From Eledone cirrhosa (Eukaryota): a stretch of 64,000 nt of DNA. The notes below the pieces were generated by a model, which made no database searches, had not been told where the DNA came from, and saw only the letters and a program-made list of their open reading frames with translations. Positions 39,210 to 54,300 of the stretch are shown one piece after another (positions within the stretch are counted from its first letter, which is position 1; the number at the start of each line of letters is the position of its first letter). The DNA lies in NCBI GenBank assembly GCA_964016885.1, contig OZ024754.1, positions 17,422,001 through 17,486,000 of the forward strand, given 5' to 3'. The position numbers and the translations under genes were made by a program.

Positions 39210-39560
39210 TGTACTGCAGATATCAAAAATGTGCTTGACATTATATCTCAGTATATATCTAGACTTTAATATCGTTTATATCCAAGGAAGGATAAAATAA
39301 AAGTTATACTCTGACGTTACATTTTAAATTACGAAGTAATGACCAGCTAAAAGAAGGAAGACGGTTGCAATTTGCCGAACACTGCGACAACGTCACTCGC
39401 GAGCTAGATATCGTCTTGGAACCGACCCATGGTAGGATAAAGCATAAACTTCCTCTCAAAAGCATGATAAAACATCTAATGTGTGGTTCTCAGACTTGAT
39501 AAACTTAGGATATCAATGATAGAACCGGAGATGTAGTACATCCGTCATCATGCTCGGCAC
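39210..39560 (+). mobile_element. Old RTE LINE 3' fragment
   Basis: Translates as RRLQFAEHC...LEPTHGR, matching the RTE C-terminal RRLxFAGHC...WEPxHG pattern. Confidence 0.55.
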
Positions 39561-39764
39561 CGGGGCAGGTTGTGGTCTATAGCAAAAAAATGTGTTTATC
39601 GAACTACAAATGAACGACCTGAGGGACATCATTTAATTTGTCTTTTAGTTTGTCTTCCTTTCCTTTTTCGATATATCCGTATTTTTGTGATTCTATTTTA
39701 AAAGATTTCTGCAACAGTTCTAAGGCTTTCCATCTGTTACAGCTAATAGGTTGAGCGTTTTACA

Positions 39765-39960
39765 TAGAAGGTGTGGAAGAAGAGTAAAGGAGAAGGAGTA
39801 TGGGGTAGGTGTGTAAACAACATCTAAGAGTGGACAGGCAAATTATTAGAGAGCTGAGATGTAGCACGCAACCATGACAGATGGATAACAATGGATACGC
39901 AGCATGTCACAACGGCGTTCCTACGAATCCATTAGGAATTGAAGACCCAAGCAAGCAAAC
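39765..39960 (+). mobile_element. Old RTE (BovB-like) 3' fragment
   Basis: VNNI*EWTG...HDRW pattern and short (GCAA)n tail. Confidence 0.5.
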
Positions 39961-40259
39961 ATGGCCAAACTTAAAAATACTAACGTTTTAATAATGAACA
40001 TTTGCCTGTTTGGAATTTAATATTCTTTGAATATTGATAATTTATATTCTTAAATTGGTTGTAGTTTGACTCGACAATCTCCCTTGATTATTAGTTCCAG
40101 TTTCATTTGATCTTGTTCCAGAATTTGCTGTTTGTTAGGTTATTACATTGCTTTGTAAATGACTGTTGATGGTGGCAATCTTCCCTTCCTCTGTTTGTGT
40201 AGCAAAGAAGGCTAATAAAAAGCTTCTCATTTAGTTGTTATGGCTATGGCATGGATACA

Positions 40260-40600
40260 GTCTAGCTGAATGATTAAGAAGTTCATTTCGCAATCATTAG
40301 ATCCCGGGTTCGCTCGGACTGCGCGTTATCTTGGACAGATGTCATTTACCATAACCTCATGTCAACCTATGTCTTATGAGTGAAATTGGGGAGTCGGGAA
40401 CTGTTTCGAAGCTCGTCAGGTGGACTGTACCTGTAATTCAAAGAGCCAGCCTCGTCACACACTGTATCACACCGAATTTTCCTGAATTTACGTAAAAGGT
40501 AAACGTGTCCATGGAATACTCAGCTACTTAGTCGTTAATCCCGTGAGCAGTCTATTCCGTTGATGAAACGACTGGAACACTCAACGCCGAACCCGATGGG
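40260..40600 (+). mobile_element. Second tRNA-derived SINE family; also ~44010-44340, 62925-63090 and reverse fragment ~33400-33490
   Basis: Head gctgaatgattaagaagttc..cgcaatcattagatcccgggttcg recurs at several loci. Confidence 0.65.
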
Positions 40601-41283
40601 GGTCAATTCCATAATTCTCGCATCTTAGCCAAAAGGCCGAAAAGCCATTATAATAATTGTTTCTACTTTTAGGCACAAGGCCAGCAATTTTGAAGGGGAG
40701 GGGAAAGTCGACACTTTAAACCTGGCGTGGGCCATCCATCCTCCAGGTTTGAACACAGTCGATTTCTTCCAGAGAAGCAAGAAAGAGACAATAACAGTGA
40801 GAAAAAGATATAGAAGACAATTCGGCCCTAGTACTGAACTGGAACTTTGTTGAGTTCGAAAGGATGAAAGGTAAAAATTGATCACGAAGGGAACTGAACT
40901 CAGGGCGCAGTAAGCTGGAACAAAGCGACTCTGCCAATTCTCTCCACACTTTTAGAGTAAAGAGGCTTTTAAATTAATGTAAGGAACGTTTTTATAATTA
41001 AAAAGAAAAGAAGAAAAATAATGAAATTACCGAGATTTTCAGACGAGATAAGAAGATTTGCAGAGTTTATATTACTGAGGAAGACAGAAAAATTCGTAGA
41101 CAAAATAAGGATTGACAGGTAGATATAAAATGTAGACAACGAACGAAGAGAATATTAACTGACAGATGATTGTTCAAATATGACGTACATAAAATATGTG
41201 TGTCTGCTCTGAGAGACAAAGAGAGAAAGTGTTTATATATATATATAGGAAAAAGTTTAACCCCGTTTCGACGGCTATTTCTG

Positions 41284-41347
<64 letters not shown>

Positions 41348-41350
<3 letters not shown>

Positions 41351-41770
41351 TTAAAACAATGAAATAAAAAATCAAGTCATTAGAGATATACTTCACTGCT
41401 TTACGATCGTTTCTAGGTGATGATGATACATTGTAGCTATACTCCGTTATTGATCTATGTAAGGTTAGTTACAAAATATCAGATAAAGAGAATATTTACT
41501 TACATACATATCACCAGCTGTTTTCAAAAGCAATAATAATTTTATTCAGAATTAGTAGTATGTTAGTATCATGTCCTTATGTGGAGGTAGTTGAAGAACT
41601 AACCAATCGAATTGTTTTTTTCATTGTTTTAACTTATATCATGACTCTGTTTTCCTTTTAATGTTTTATTGTTTTCCGGGATTTATCTTAACCTACAACA
41701 TTTTCAACATACTGATTACATCGAGTTCTTCATGCAGAATAGACCCCACAACTTACTGTGGATACCTATA
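41348..41770. mobile_element. PLE stub: inverted pLTR + sense tail, derived from the family at 11730-13948
   Basis: 41348-41620 reverse-complements 13545-13815; 41615-41770 matches 13790-13945; flanked by (TA)n. Confidence 0.85.
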
Positions 41771-41776
41771 TCTATA

Positions 41777-41828
<52 letters not shown>

Positions 41829-42302
41829 GTATTCTAGGATCGGAATTAAGAGTATTCCGCAGTTCACAGTAAAAATAATAATATTAGCTCAAAGAAGAAT
41901 AGAGAATTTTCTTCTGAGCTCAGATACTCAGATATTACACAAATAGAAGTGTGTTACACAGTGAAATGTGTGTAAAGGATTATTACAAGTGATTTTTACC
42001 GTTACTGTATAGAAAACAATATCTACAGGTTTAGCAATTAAATAGAAAAAACCTAAGTCAGAATCAAATCTCTGAAGTAGAGTTTTAAATTACTAACCTT
42101 ATAATTATAAGTTTGCTGATACGAATCAAGTTCGTTTCCCCACAGAAATGTGCAGTTTAACAGCCACAGGTTCATTAGTCAGCAAATGTGGATTCTGTTT
42201 ACTACACATCTAGCCTCATGCATAGAGAGAAAGCTAATATACACGCTGCCCAGGGTAGGGCGAAATCACGTGTTATTTGCATCAAATAATGGTTCTCATG
42301 GA

Positions 42303-43444
<1,142 letters not shown>

Positions 43445-45126
43445 ATTTGGCAATATACTGTATGTTTAATTAAACACATTTTGAAGACCATTCACTATGA
43501 GTTTTAAAGTAGTGACTATGTCACTTACTTATTCTCGGCAAAAGCAAAGAAGAGTGATCGCCAGTCTGTTTCTCGCTCGTTAGCTTTTATCAAGCAAGAC
43601 CATTCACTCCCTTGCTTCTGCCGAGATTTATAGAAGTGGAAATATATATAACACTTTCTATATATATATAATTCAAAAATTAAGAAAACCAAGGATAGTA
43701 TTATTTATCCAGACTCATCTTAAAAGGCAGTGAAATTAAAAGATAAAATTTATTTTAACAAAATAAATTTGTTGCTTGTCAATATATGACACATTTAAAC
43801 TGAGGATTCGAAGTTTAATTTCCGCCAAAAATTTCAATATTATTCAAGGTTAAAAAATAAATAAATGCCAAGTCTCTAATCACGTCAAAACACAACTATA
43901 AACAATGTGCACACACACACACATACTTGAAAAACTGTCAGATGCTTCTCTACGGCCATATAATAAGGACATAGCAATGCATCTTTACGCCTTGCTTTTT
44001 TTGAATTTCTGTTGCCGAATGTATAAGTTCGTTTCGACATCATAAGTTCCTGGGTTTGATCCCACTACGTAGCTTCTTGGCCAAGGGTCATTCCTTTTAA
44101 TTTTTATGTACGCAACTTGGCCGAATGGTTAAGAAGTTTGCTTCGCAATCATTAGGTCCCAGATTTGATCCTACTGCGTGGCATACTGAGAAAGTGTAAT
44201 TTACCACAACTTAGGGTAGATGTAAGCCTTGTGACTGACTTTAGATATGCGGAAACTGTTTCGAAGCCCATCGGTTTGACTGGATCTATATTTTAAATGA
44301 CCGACCTTTTCACAGACTATGTCGCGCTGAATCTCCCCGAGATCTGAGTTCATATCCCGCCGAGCTTAGCTTGGCCTTTCATCCTTACGAAGACGATAAA
44401 ATAATGTTCCAGTAACGCACTGGGGTAGATTTAATCGATTCCCCACCACCACCACCACCAAAATTATTAGCTTTGTGCTTAAATCAGAAACCATTGTTAA
44501 TCTGCTGTTTAGAACTTAAAGATATTGACATAAAATTATGATGGAAGGCTTTTAGATAAATATAGATATTTTAAATAAATATGAAGAAGGACATTTACCA
44601 ATAAATAAAGGACAAATTAGATAATGTAGTCTTAAACGAAGTAGTCATTGCTTATATTCCTTTGATTGTAGGTCTGTGATATTCGAAACAACTACAAAAT
44701 TGAGAATGGTGGTTACATGAAGAATGAAATATTTCATAAAGTTTTTATTATTCTCGTCTCAACTTTCTTGTTAAACAATTTGACATTCTTTCGTCACTGT
44801 GGTAATATAAATAAGTTTGCTATCCTTCCGGCGTGTTTTATTGCATTTGTTTGTTCTTCTGAAAAGCTATGTTCTACTAAAGAACTAAACTATGTTTGCT
44901 TAACAAAATTATTCACCAAAATGCAGATAACTATAACGAATTCTAATTTTGGCACAATGCCAGCAATTTAGGAGTATAGAAAGTCGATTATATTGATATC
45001 AATACTTGACTGGTACTTTATTTTATCGGCCTCAGAAAGATCAATGGTAAAGTTGACCTTGATGGAATTTGAACTCAAAACATAAAGAGCTGAAATAAAT
45101 ACTGGCGCTCTGCCAACTCACTCCCT

Positions 45127-45478
45127 CCAGATGATAATAATAATTGTTTCTACTTTTGGCACAAGGCCAGCAATTATCCCAGTGTATTACTGGTACTTTA
45201 TTTTATCGACCCCGTAAGGATGAAAGGCAAAGTTAACATCGGCGGAATTTGAACTCAGATCATAAAGGGCCGTAACTCTTTGCTGCAAAGCATTGCGTCA
45301 GACCCTCTACCGCCATGCTTTGCAGCAAAGAGTTAAGGCCCTTTATGATCTGAGTTCAAATTCCGCCGATGTTAACTTTGCCGTTCATCCTTACGGGGTC
45401 GATAAAATAAAGTACCAGTAATACACTGGAATAATTGCTGGCCTTGTGCCAAAAGTAGAAACAAATATTATCATCTGG
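45127..45478. repeat. Near-perfect inverted duplication of a SINE (arms 45127-45293 / 45315-45478)
   Basis: Arms are reverse complements, including flank ccagatgataata beyond the SINE tail; 21-nt spacer. Confidence 0.9.
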
Positions 45479-47521
45479 GGGGGGGGGGGGGCAATATTTG
45501 ATAACTATAAAGGATAATTGAATAAATCGGTTTACAACCTTAGTTCCTCTACTACGGAGATCAACTTTGCCTGGAGGTCAAACAAATTATATTTTATGAA
45601 CCCCCAAAAGGATGACGAGTAAGGGATCGATTTAACTGACTTTTCCCACCTCAAAATTTGCAAGCCTTGTCTCTAACTTAGAAACAATTATTATCACTTA
45701 CCTCACTAATACATATTTACGACCATAAAGTAGTTGTTATAATTATGATAATATATTTCCATTCTCTCTCTATATATATAACCTTTTTTTTTTTTACAAA
45801 AGTACAAAGAATTAAATTTTGAAAGCAATGATTTCGTGTGGGCATACTATTTACACATGGACTATATTAATGTATATACTTAGAATAAATAAATTTCTAT
45901 ACTCTACTAACCAGTATTGAGCACTCATTTAGTTAATGTTTGAATGTTTTAAACACTGCGGTATTTTAAATTCATATTCTAATATAGGCATGTATGTACC
46001 TATATAATCTCAGGACAGTAGCAACGGAACCGTGAACTCAACACGACATGCTACTACACTTCATAACTTCACTCTTTTCAGTTGAAAGGTCAACCTTAAT
46101 TTTACCCTAGGAGCTGATAAAACATTTAACTACCAACAAAACGTTGATATGAAAATTCCTTAATAAAAGACATTAATTCTTTGTAATTTTTTTTTTCGCT
46201 AAAACCGTTCAAGCATAAATTGATATTGAATTGTAATAACCTAACTCTTGTTTGTTATCGATACATGTATTTGTAGTTTCTTGTCATAATTGTTTATTCT
46301 GCTGGAATATCCGACTGTTGAGACTAAACAAATGTTGTGTATCATTGAAAATTATGTTATGTAATATTTTGGCCTGCTTTTACAGTTGTAATTCTAGCGT
46401 AACATTTTTATAATCCGATTTACCAAAGTTAAGCTGATTAGAGGAAAATCCTTCATTGAATTTAACATTAATTTTTTTTTTTTCGCCTTATGGGTAGTTT
46501 ACCTTTCTTCTAACATTGTCATGTTGTTCACTGAAAGAATCAGGATTTATTTATAAAATTCAAACTGTTTAAATCCAACGAAAATTCTGATCAGCATTAA
46601 TCTTTACTTTCGCCCACTGCAACCATCTCTTGAAACAACACAGTCAGCTGGAAGCCAGCGAGGGGACCTCTATCTACTCTACTTATTCGTTCAACCTGTT
46701 GGAAATAGCAACCAAATTTCTCTCAAATCACACCACATCTCTCTATATATATACGCAAGCGTGTGTGTGTGTAAATATAATGAAGTACATATTAGAATTT
46801 ATATACCTAGCGACATTATGTCCGAAATTAATATACGGCGTTTCTAGGGCATTTTAAAACCTGGTGGAGCCCAATCCTATCCACGTCTGAATACAGCAGA
46901 TTTCTTACAAAGAAGGAAAGAGAGTGAGAGGATGGAAATGAGAAAGAGATATTGAGGAAGAATTGACCCCAGTACTAGACTGGTACTTTTTTATCGACCT
47001 GAAAAGGATGAAAGGTAAATTTAACCTCGGCAGGATTTGAACCGAGAAAGCAGAGAACCAGAACAAATACCGCAAAGCATTCTATCTGACGTTCTAACGA
47101 CTCTGCTAATTCACTGTCTTGTTAATGCAATAGAAACATTAACACTTTGTTTCATAGAATTCGACATTTCAAATATTTTGAAATTCTGCAGCTTCTTTAA
47201 TGGTTGGTAACACTGTTGTGATGTTTGTAATCTGAAATGAACATTTGAGTATATACATGATTGGGAATTTACTGATTAAAATAACTGATCTTAGATTTTA
47301 CCCTAACCTTGAGTTTACGATCAATTTTTGACTCTAGATCATAGTTCTTTCATTTCAATTATTTTGGTAAATCCGCTAGAAAGGGCATGAATATAACTTG
47401 TTTTTCTCTCTCCTAAAGATTTGACGTTTATATTTCCATGTTACTAATAAATCATTATTTCTCTCTGAATCTTGCACCATTTTATAGAAGCAAGGCATAC
47501 GAAAATCTGGTTTCTCTCATT

Positions 47522-47722
47522 TACAAAGATCGGTTGAAAAGTTCATAGGCTGACCAAGATACTCTCATGGAATGACCAAATGAGGTCTGTTTTCAACATA
47601 GTCCCTGTAAAGAAACAATGGAGTTATTAATAAGAAGAATTGAAATTAGTGCATGCAAGATTTCACAGCTTTAACATCACTCCTTCATAGTCAGCCTATG
47701 AATCTTTCAGCCGACCCTCGTA
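47522..47722. mobile_element. Tc1/mariner-type MITE
   Basis: TIRs ta|caaagatcggttgaaaagttcataggctgac and gtcagcctatgaatctttcagccgaccctcg|ta with TA TSD. Confidence 0.8.
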
Positions 47723-48484
47723 ATACAGTTTCTTCAAATACTATTTTCTCGTTCCTTTTTAACCGCTCACTCCTTCCGCTTTACAATAAGTTATTTACGT
47801 AAAGTATTGTTCATAGAATTAGAATTCAGTTTTTGTTGGTAGACCATATCGTAATTTATTCATTTTTTAATCTATAATATATTTTAAATACAATATATTT
47901 CTTTTGTTTATTTCATTTGTTTTACATCTGACCTTATCTGAGACAGCTTTCTTTTTAGAGTCAATTTGAACAATATATTCCCTTTACTTATTTCATCTGT
48001 TTTTATATCTGACCTAATCAGCGACAGCTTTGTTTTTAGAGTCAATTTTCCTTTCTTTAAGCAAGGATAATTGCATTTGTTTTTATATAGTTTTCAAATA
48101 GTTTTCATTTCGAATATAGGAGAGCGAAATAGAAAATATTGACCAGACTAGCAAAGATCAAACTTTCTTGTCATTCTCAATATAAAAAAAACTCAAGTTA
48201 TTTTTATAACGTATTTTTAACATTTATTCTTTTGACCAAATTTCTTTGGCTTTTATATATTTCATTTTGGAATGAAAGGCGAACAACTTCCATTTGCGAA
48301 TATAACCTCAATTTTAGATATGTCAATATTTTTAATCATACCTTGATTAAATACCCAGACAGAAATATTGTATATGATCTGAATAACTTTTACGTTAAAC
48401 CACATCACATCGTGGATTTACTATACAATTGTTGTGGCGGCAAGATTACTAGTAATTAATTGTTTCTACTTTTACTAGTAAATA

Positions 48485-48650
48485 ATTGTTTCTACTTTGG
48501 GCACAAAGGCCAGCAATTATCCCAGTGCATTACTGGTGCTTTATCTTATCGATCCCGTAAGGATGAAAGGCAAAGTTAACCTCGGTGGGATTTGAACTCA
48601 GACTGTAAAGGGACGTAACTCTATGTTGCAAAGTATGGCGTCCGACCCTG
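48485..48650 (-). mobile_element. tRNA-derived SINE
   Basis: Reverse complement of the 60747 SINE. Confidence 0.8.
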
Positions 48651-48723
48651 TTTCATGGTTTTCTTTTCAATTCACGTGGAAATGCGTGCATTTGACTTGT
48701 TTAAATGTCTATATAGTCAATGT

Positions 48724-49010
48724 CTCCTCTGTGTCACTTTTGAGCTGACTTTTGGGATGCTCCCATACAGCTCTGAGTTTTTCATCCTCAGTGTATACTG
48801 ATTAATGTTCAGAGCCATTGCGCTCAGTACTCCTTTCGGAGCCCCTACATGGACACACTAGAAGAGGAAGACCAAGGTTAACGTATGTTGATGCCCTAAG
48901 GACAGACACTGGTCTGTTGGAGACGCAGGACATGGCAGCGATAATGAGGGACAGAGACCGCTGGAGAGAACTCGTCCATGGATCTCGGGAATTTTACCCG
49001 CCTTAGATAG
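48724..49010 (+). mobile_element. 5'-inverted, truncated RTE LINE insertion with 11-bp TSD
   Basis: Sense part encodes VLLSEPLHG..RGRPRLTYVD..MRDRDRWR; 48724-48812 antisense encodes LNIN..NSELYGSIPKVSSKVTQRR; TSD atagtcaatgt at 48713 and 49011. Confidence 0.8.
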
Positions 49011-49485
49011 ATAGTCAATGTGTATATTTATATACACATTGACGCAATCTCGCTTAAACTCTGTACTGCATATGTACACATATAAATGTAACGCATATTT
49101 CAGCTGCACATCAACATATATTAGGATTATATTGAAATAGAATAATTCTTAGATCGCTCCGCATAGAGTTAATCAAAGATCAGAATTACGGTCTAATATT
49201 TCTAAACAGAAGTAATTTCGTTTTTCTGGAAATTCTTTTAAAGCGAACACCTGAACTCGGTAAACTTTAACTTATTTAAAATATTAATAATTTCATTAGA
49301 AAGTGATAGAATAAAAGAACCATTTGTTGATAATGATTGGAAATGAGAGAGAGAGAGAGAGAAAGAATATGAAAAGGTGAAAGAAAAGCATCGAGATATG
49401 TGGGCGTTTGTGTATATACCTCTGTACGTTTTAGAGTAGTAGTAATTGTGTGTGTCTGCGCATTTTAGTGTAACAGTAAGTGTGA

Positions 49486-49539
<54 letters not shown>

Positions 49540-49914
49540 GTATGAGTGTGTGCGTGACCTTCAGAGTTTCATTTTGTGTGAGTGTCTATGTGTGTGTATT
49601 TGTGTGTCGCCGTATCAGAGTCTGTGGAAGTATATAACTGTGTAGTGAGTCTGTGTGTGTGTGTGTGTGTGTTAGCACGTATGCGTGTCAGCATGTATGT
49701 ATGTGTGTATGTGTGTGTGATTATGTGTATGTATATAAATCAATGTATGTGTGTCTATGTTAACAAATGTATAATCTTTGAAATATGACGTAATTTAACA
49801 AATCAAGAGGGTACATTTACTTTTGTTATTGAGACCCATTTCAAATTTCCGGGGGAAATACAGCATTTAGTGGCGACGGGAGGGTGTATATACTATTTCT
49901 TCTCTATTTCGGAT

Positions 49915-51164
49915 GTCATTCGGCTCTCAGATTTAAGATTAATATCCTTATGTAATCTCTTCACTGATATTTACAATACTATTTCATTTATCAGCACTGC
50001 AAACAATCTAAGTTTATGGTAGAAACGCAAACAACCTAAAAGTACATAAGGAATGATAATTATAGTATAATCAGTAATGCGACAAACTGAAGCCAAAGAA
50101 TCAGGAATTTTCATTTTTTTGTCTGTTTTCTAAATTTATTTCAGCAATTAAACAAAGAAGATTTGTCTAAATAACATCAAAATTTGCGTCTAGCTGAATC
50201 AATGAATGTTATATGATTGATAAAGTCATTTAATACATAATGAGAAAGCTAATCAATGTACAAATAGATATTATATAGGGATATATGTAAAGTGAAAAGG
50301 GGGTAATAACGGGAGAATAATACAATGATGATATATTAGTTTAACGCTTTGATATAATACGAAGAGGGTCTTAACGTATCGGAACATATAATTAGAGAGA
50401 GAGAGAGAAGTTAAGGTGCTTATGAAAGAGAAGAATGTTCTACCTATCTTCAGATCAAATTTAAAATTTATCTCTCACAGAATATGTTCATGATCACCTG
50501 CACATTAAATGATTATATCTTGGCACTATGCTTACAGTCATAAACAGTATCGCTATATAATATTTATTTGTGCCTAGACTTGAAGACAGCGAATTATCAG
50601 ACTCTTTAGAGTGTCGGATTAAAAAATACACCAGTGTTTATTCCGGCTTACTGCACGCTGAGTTTAAATCCCACAGAGATCAACTTTATCTTTTATCTTT
50701 TTGAGGTCGAAAAATAAAGTACCAGTCAAGTATTGAGGCTGGTTCTTTCTTTTTCTTTCTCTGAAAGACAACACCTCTACAACTCCATCAGGAGTTAGGG
50801 GCCTTTTACTTTCATTTTATTTATATTAACTTTCTCGTTAAGAATTAAATAACATAATCATTCATATAACATTTATTGATTCAGTTAAGTTCAAATTTTG
50901 ATGTCTAATATTATTTGTTTACTTTTTTAAATAAATTCAGAAAACAGACAAGAAATGAATATTCATGATTTCTTGGCTTCAGTTTGTCGCATTACTGATT
51001 ATACTATAATTATCGTTCCTTCGACTCCCAAATGTACTTTTAGGTTGTTTGCGTTTCTATCATAAACTTAGATTGTTTGCAGTGCTGATATATGAAATAG
51101 TATTGTAAATATCAGTGAAGAGATTGCATAAGGATATTTATCTTAAATCTGAGAGCCGAATGAC
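49915..51164. repeat. Foldback structure: ~230-bp inverted repeats around ~780 bp
   Basis: 49915-50141 reverse-complements 50928-51164; spacer holds pLTR and SINE fragments. Confidence 0.8.
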
Positions 51165-51369
51165 ACTGCATATTTAACTATATATATTTATATATAAATC
51201 AACTCTTGAATGTCTGGACTCAATCCAGAATTGTTATGGTTATTTCGAAATTCAGCGATAGAAGAGAATTTATTAAAATCTACGAATAGCATTAACATGG
51301 ACGATTCAGTATTATTGATTCAGCTGTAATTTAGTTGAACTGCACAAAACAACAAATCAATATCAACAT

Positions 51370-54300
51370 AGTTCACTACATTATTGGTCTATTATAAACC
51401 ACAACAGTTCACTATATTATTGGTTTATTGTAAACCACAGCAGTTCACTACATTATTGGTCTATTGTAAACCACAGCAGTTCACTACATTATTGGTCTAT
51501 TGTAAACCACAACAGTTCACTACTTTATTGGTCTATAGTAAACCACAACAGTTCACTATATTATTGGTCTATTGTAAACCACAACAGTTCACTACATTAT
51601 CGGTCTATTATAAACCACAACAGTTCACTACATTATTGGTCTATTATAAACCACAACAGTTCACTACATTATTGGTCTATTATAAACCACAACAGTTCAT
51701 TACATTATTGGTCTATTGTAAACCACAGCAGTTCACTACATTATTGGTCTATTGTAAACCACAACAGTTCACTACTTTATTGGTCTATTGTAAACCACAA
51801 CAGTTCACTATATTATTGGTCTATTGTAAACCACAACAGTTCACTACATTATTGGTCTATTATAAACCACAACAGTTCACTACATTATTGGTCTATTGTA
51901 AACCACAACAGTTCACTACTTTATTGGTCTATAGTAAACCACAACAGTTCACTATATTATTGGTCTATTGTAAACCACAACATTTCACTATATTATTGGT
52001 CTATTGTATACAACAGCAGTTCACTACATTATTGGTCTATTATAAACCACAACAGTTCACTACATTATTGGTCTATTGTATACCACAGCAGTTCACTACA
52101 TTATTGGTCTATTATAAACCACTACATTATTGGTCTATTATAAACCACAACAGTTCACTACATTATTGGTCTATTATAAACCACAACAGTTCACTATATT
52201 ATTGGTCTATAGTAAACCACAACAGTTCACTATATTATTGGTCTATTGTAAACCACAACAGTTCACTACTTTATTGGTCTATAGTAAACCACAACAGTTC
52301 ACTATATTATTGGTCTATTGTAAACCACAACAGTTCACTACATTATCGGTCTATTATAAACCACAACAGTTCACTATATTATTGGTCTATTGTAAACCAC
52401 AACAGTTCACTACATTATTGGTCTATTGTAAACCACAACAGTTCACTACATTATTGGTCTATTATAAACCACAACAGTTCACTATATTATTGGTCTATTG
52501 TAAACCACAGCAGTTCACTATATTATTGGTCTATTGTAAACCACAACAGTTCACTACATTATTGGTCTATTATAAACCACAACAGTTCATTACATTATTG
52601 GTCTATTGTAAACCACAACAGTTCACTACTTTATTGGTCTATTGTAAACCACAACAGTTCACTATATTATTGGTCTATTGTAAACCACAACAGTTCACTA
52701 CATTATTGGTCTATTATAAACCACAACAGTTCACTACATTATTGGTCTATTGTAAACCACAACAGTTCACTACATTATTGGTCTATTATAAACCACAACA
52801 GTTCACTACTTTATTGGTCTATAGTAAACCACAACAGTTCACTATATTATTGGTCTATTGTAAACCACAACATTTCACTATATTATTGGTCTATTGTATA
52901 CCACAACAGTTCACTACATTATTGGTCTATTATAAACCACAACAGTTCACTACATTATTGGTCTATTGTATACCACAGCAGTTCACTACATTATTGGTCT
53001 ATTGTAAACCACAACAGTTCACTACATTATTGGTCTATTATAAACCACAACAGTTCACTATATTATTGGTCTATAGTAAACCACAACAGTTCACTATATT
53101 ATTGGTTTATTGTAAACCACAACAGTTCACTATATTATTGGTCTATTGTAAACCACAACAGTTCACTACATTATTGGTCTATTGTAAACCACAGCAGTTC
53201 ACTATATTATTGGTCTATTGTAAACCACAGCAGTTCACTACATTATTGGTCTATTGTAAACCACAACAGTTCACTACATTATTGGTCTATTGTAAACCAC
53301 AACAGTGCACTACATTATTGGTCTATTGTAAACCACAGCAGTTCACTATATTATTGGTCTATTGTAAACCACAACAGTTCACTACATTATTGGTCTATTG
53401 TAAACCAAAACAGTTCACTATATTATTGGTCTATTGTAAACCACAGCAGTTCACTACATTATTGGTCTATTGTAAACCACAACAGTTCACTATATTATTG
53501 GTCTATTGTAAACCACAACAGTTCACTACATTATTGGTCTATTGTAAACCACAGCAGTTCACTACATTATTGGTCTATTGTAAACCACAACAGTTCACTA
53601 CATTATTGGTGTATTGTAAACCACAACAGTTCACTACATTATTGGTCTATTGTAAAGCACAGCAGTTCACTACATTATTGGTCTATTGTAAACCACAGCA
53701 GTTCACTACATTATTGGTCTATAGTAAACCACAACAGTTCACTACATTATTGTTCTATTGTAAACCACAACAGTTCACTACATTATTGGTCTATTGTAAA
53801 CCACAACAGTTCACTACATTATTGGTCTATTGTAAACCACAGCAGTTCACTACATTATTGGTCTATTGTAAACCACAGCAGCTCACTACATTATTGTTCT
53901 ATTGTAAACCACAACAGTTCACTACATTATTGGTCTATAGTAAACCACAACAGTTCACTACATTATTGTTCTATTGTAAACCACAACAGTTCACTACATT
54001 ATTGTTCTATTGTAAACCACAACAGTTCACTACATTATTGTTCTATTGTAAACCACAACAGTTCACTACATTATTGGTCTATTGTATACCACAGCAGTTC
54101 ACTACATTATTGGTCTATTGTAAACCACAACAGTTCACTATATTATTGGTCTATTGTAAACCACAGCAGTTCACTACATCATTGGTCTATTGTAAACCAC
54201 AGCAGTTCACTACATTATTGGTCCCTAGTAAACCACAACAGTTCACTATATTATTGGTCTATTGTAAACCACAACAGTTCACTACATTATTGGTCTATTG

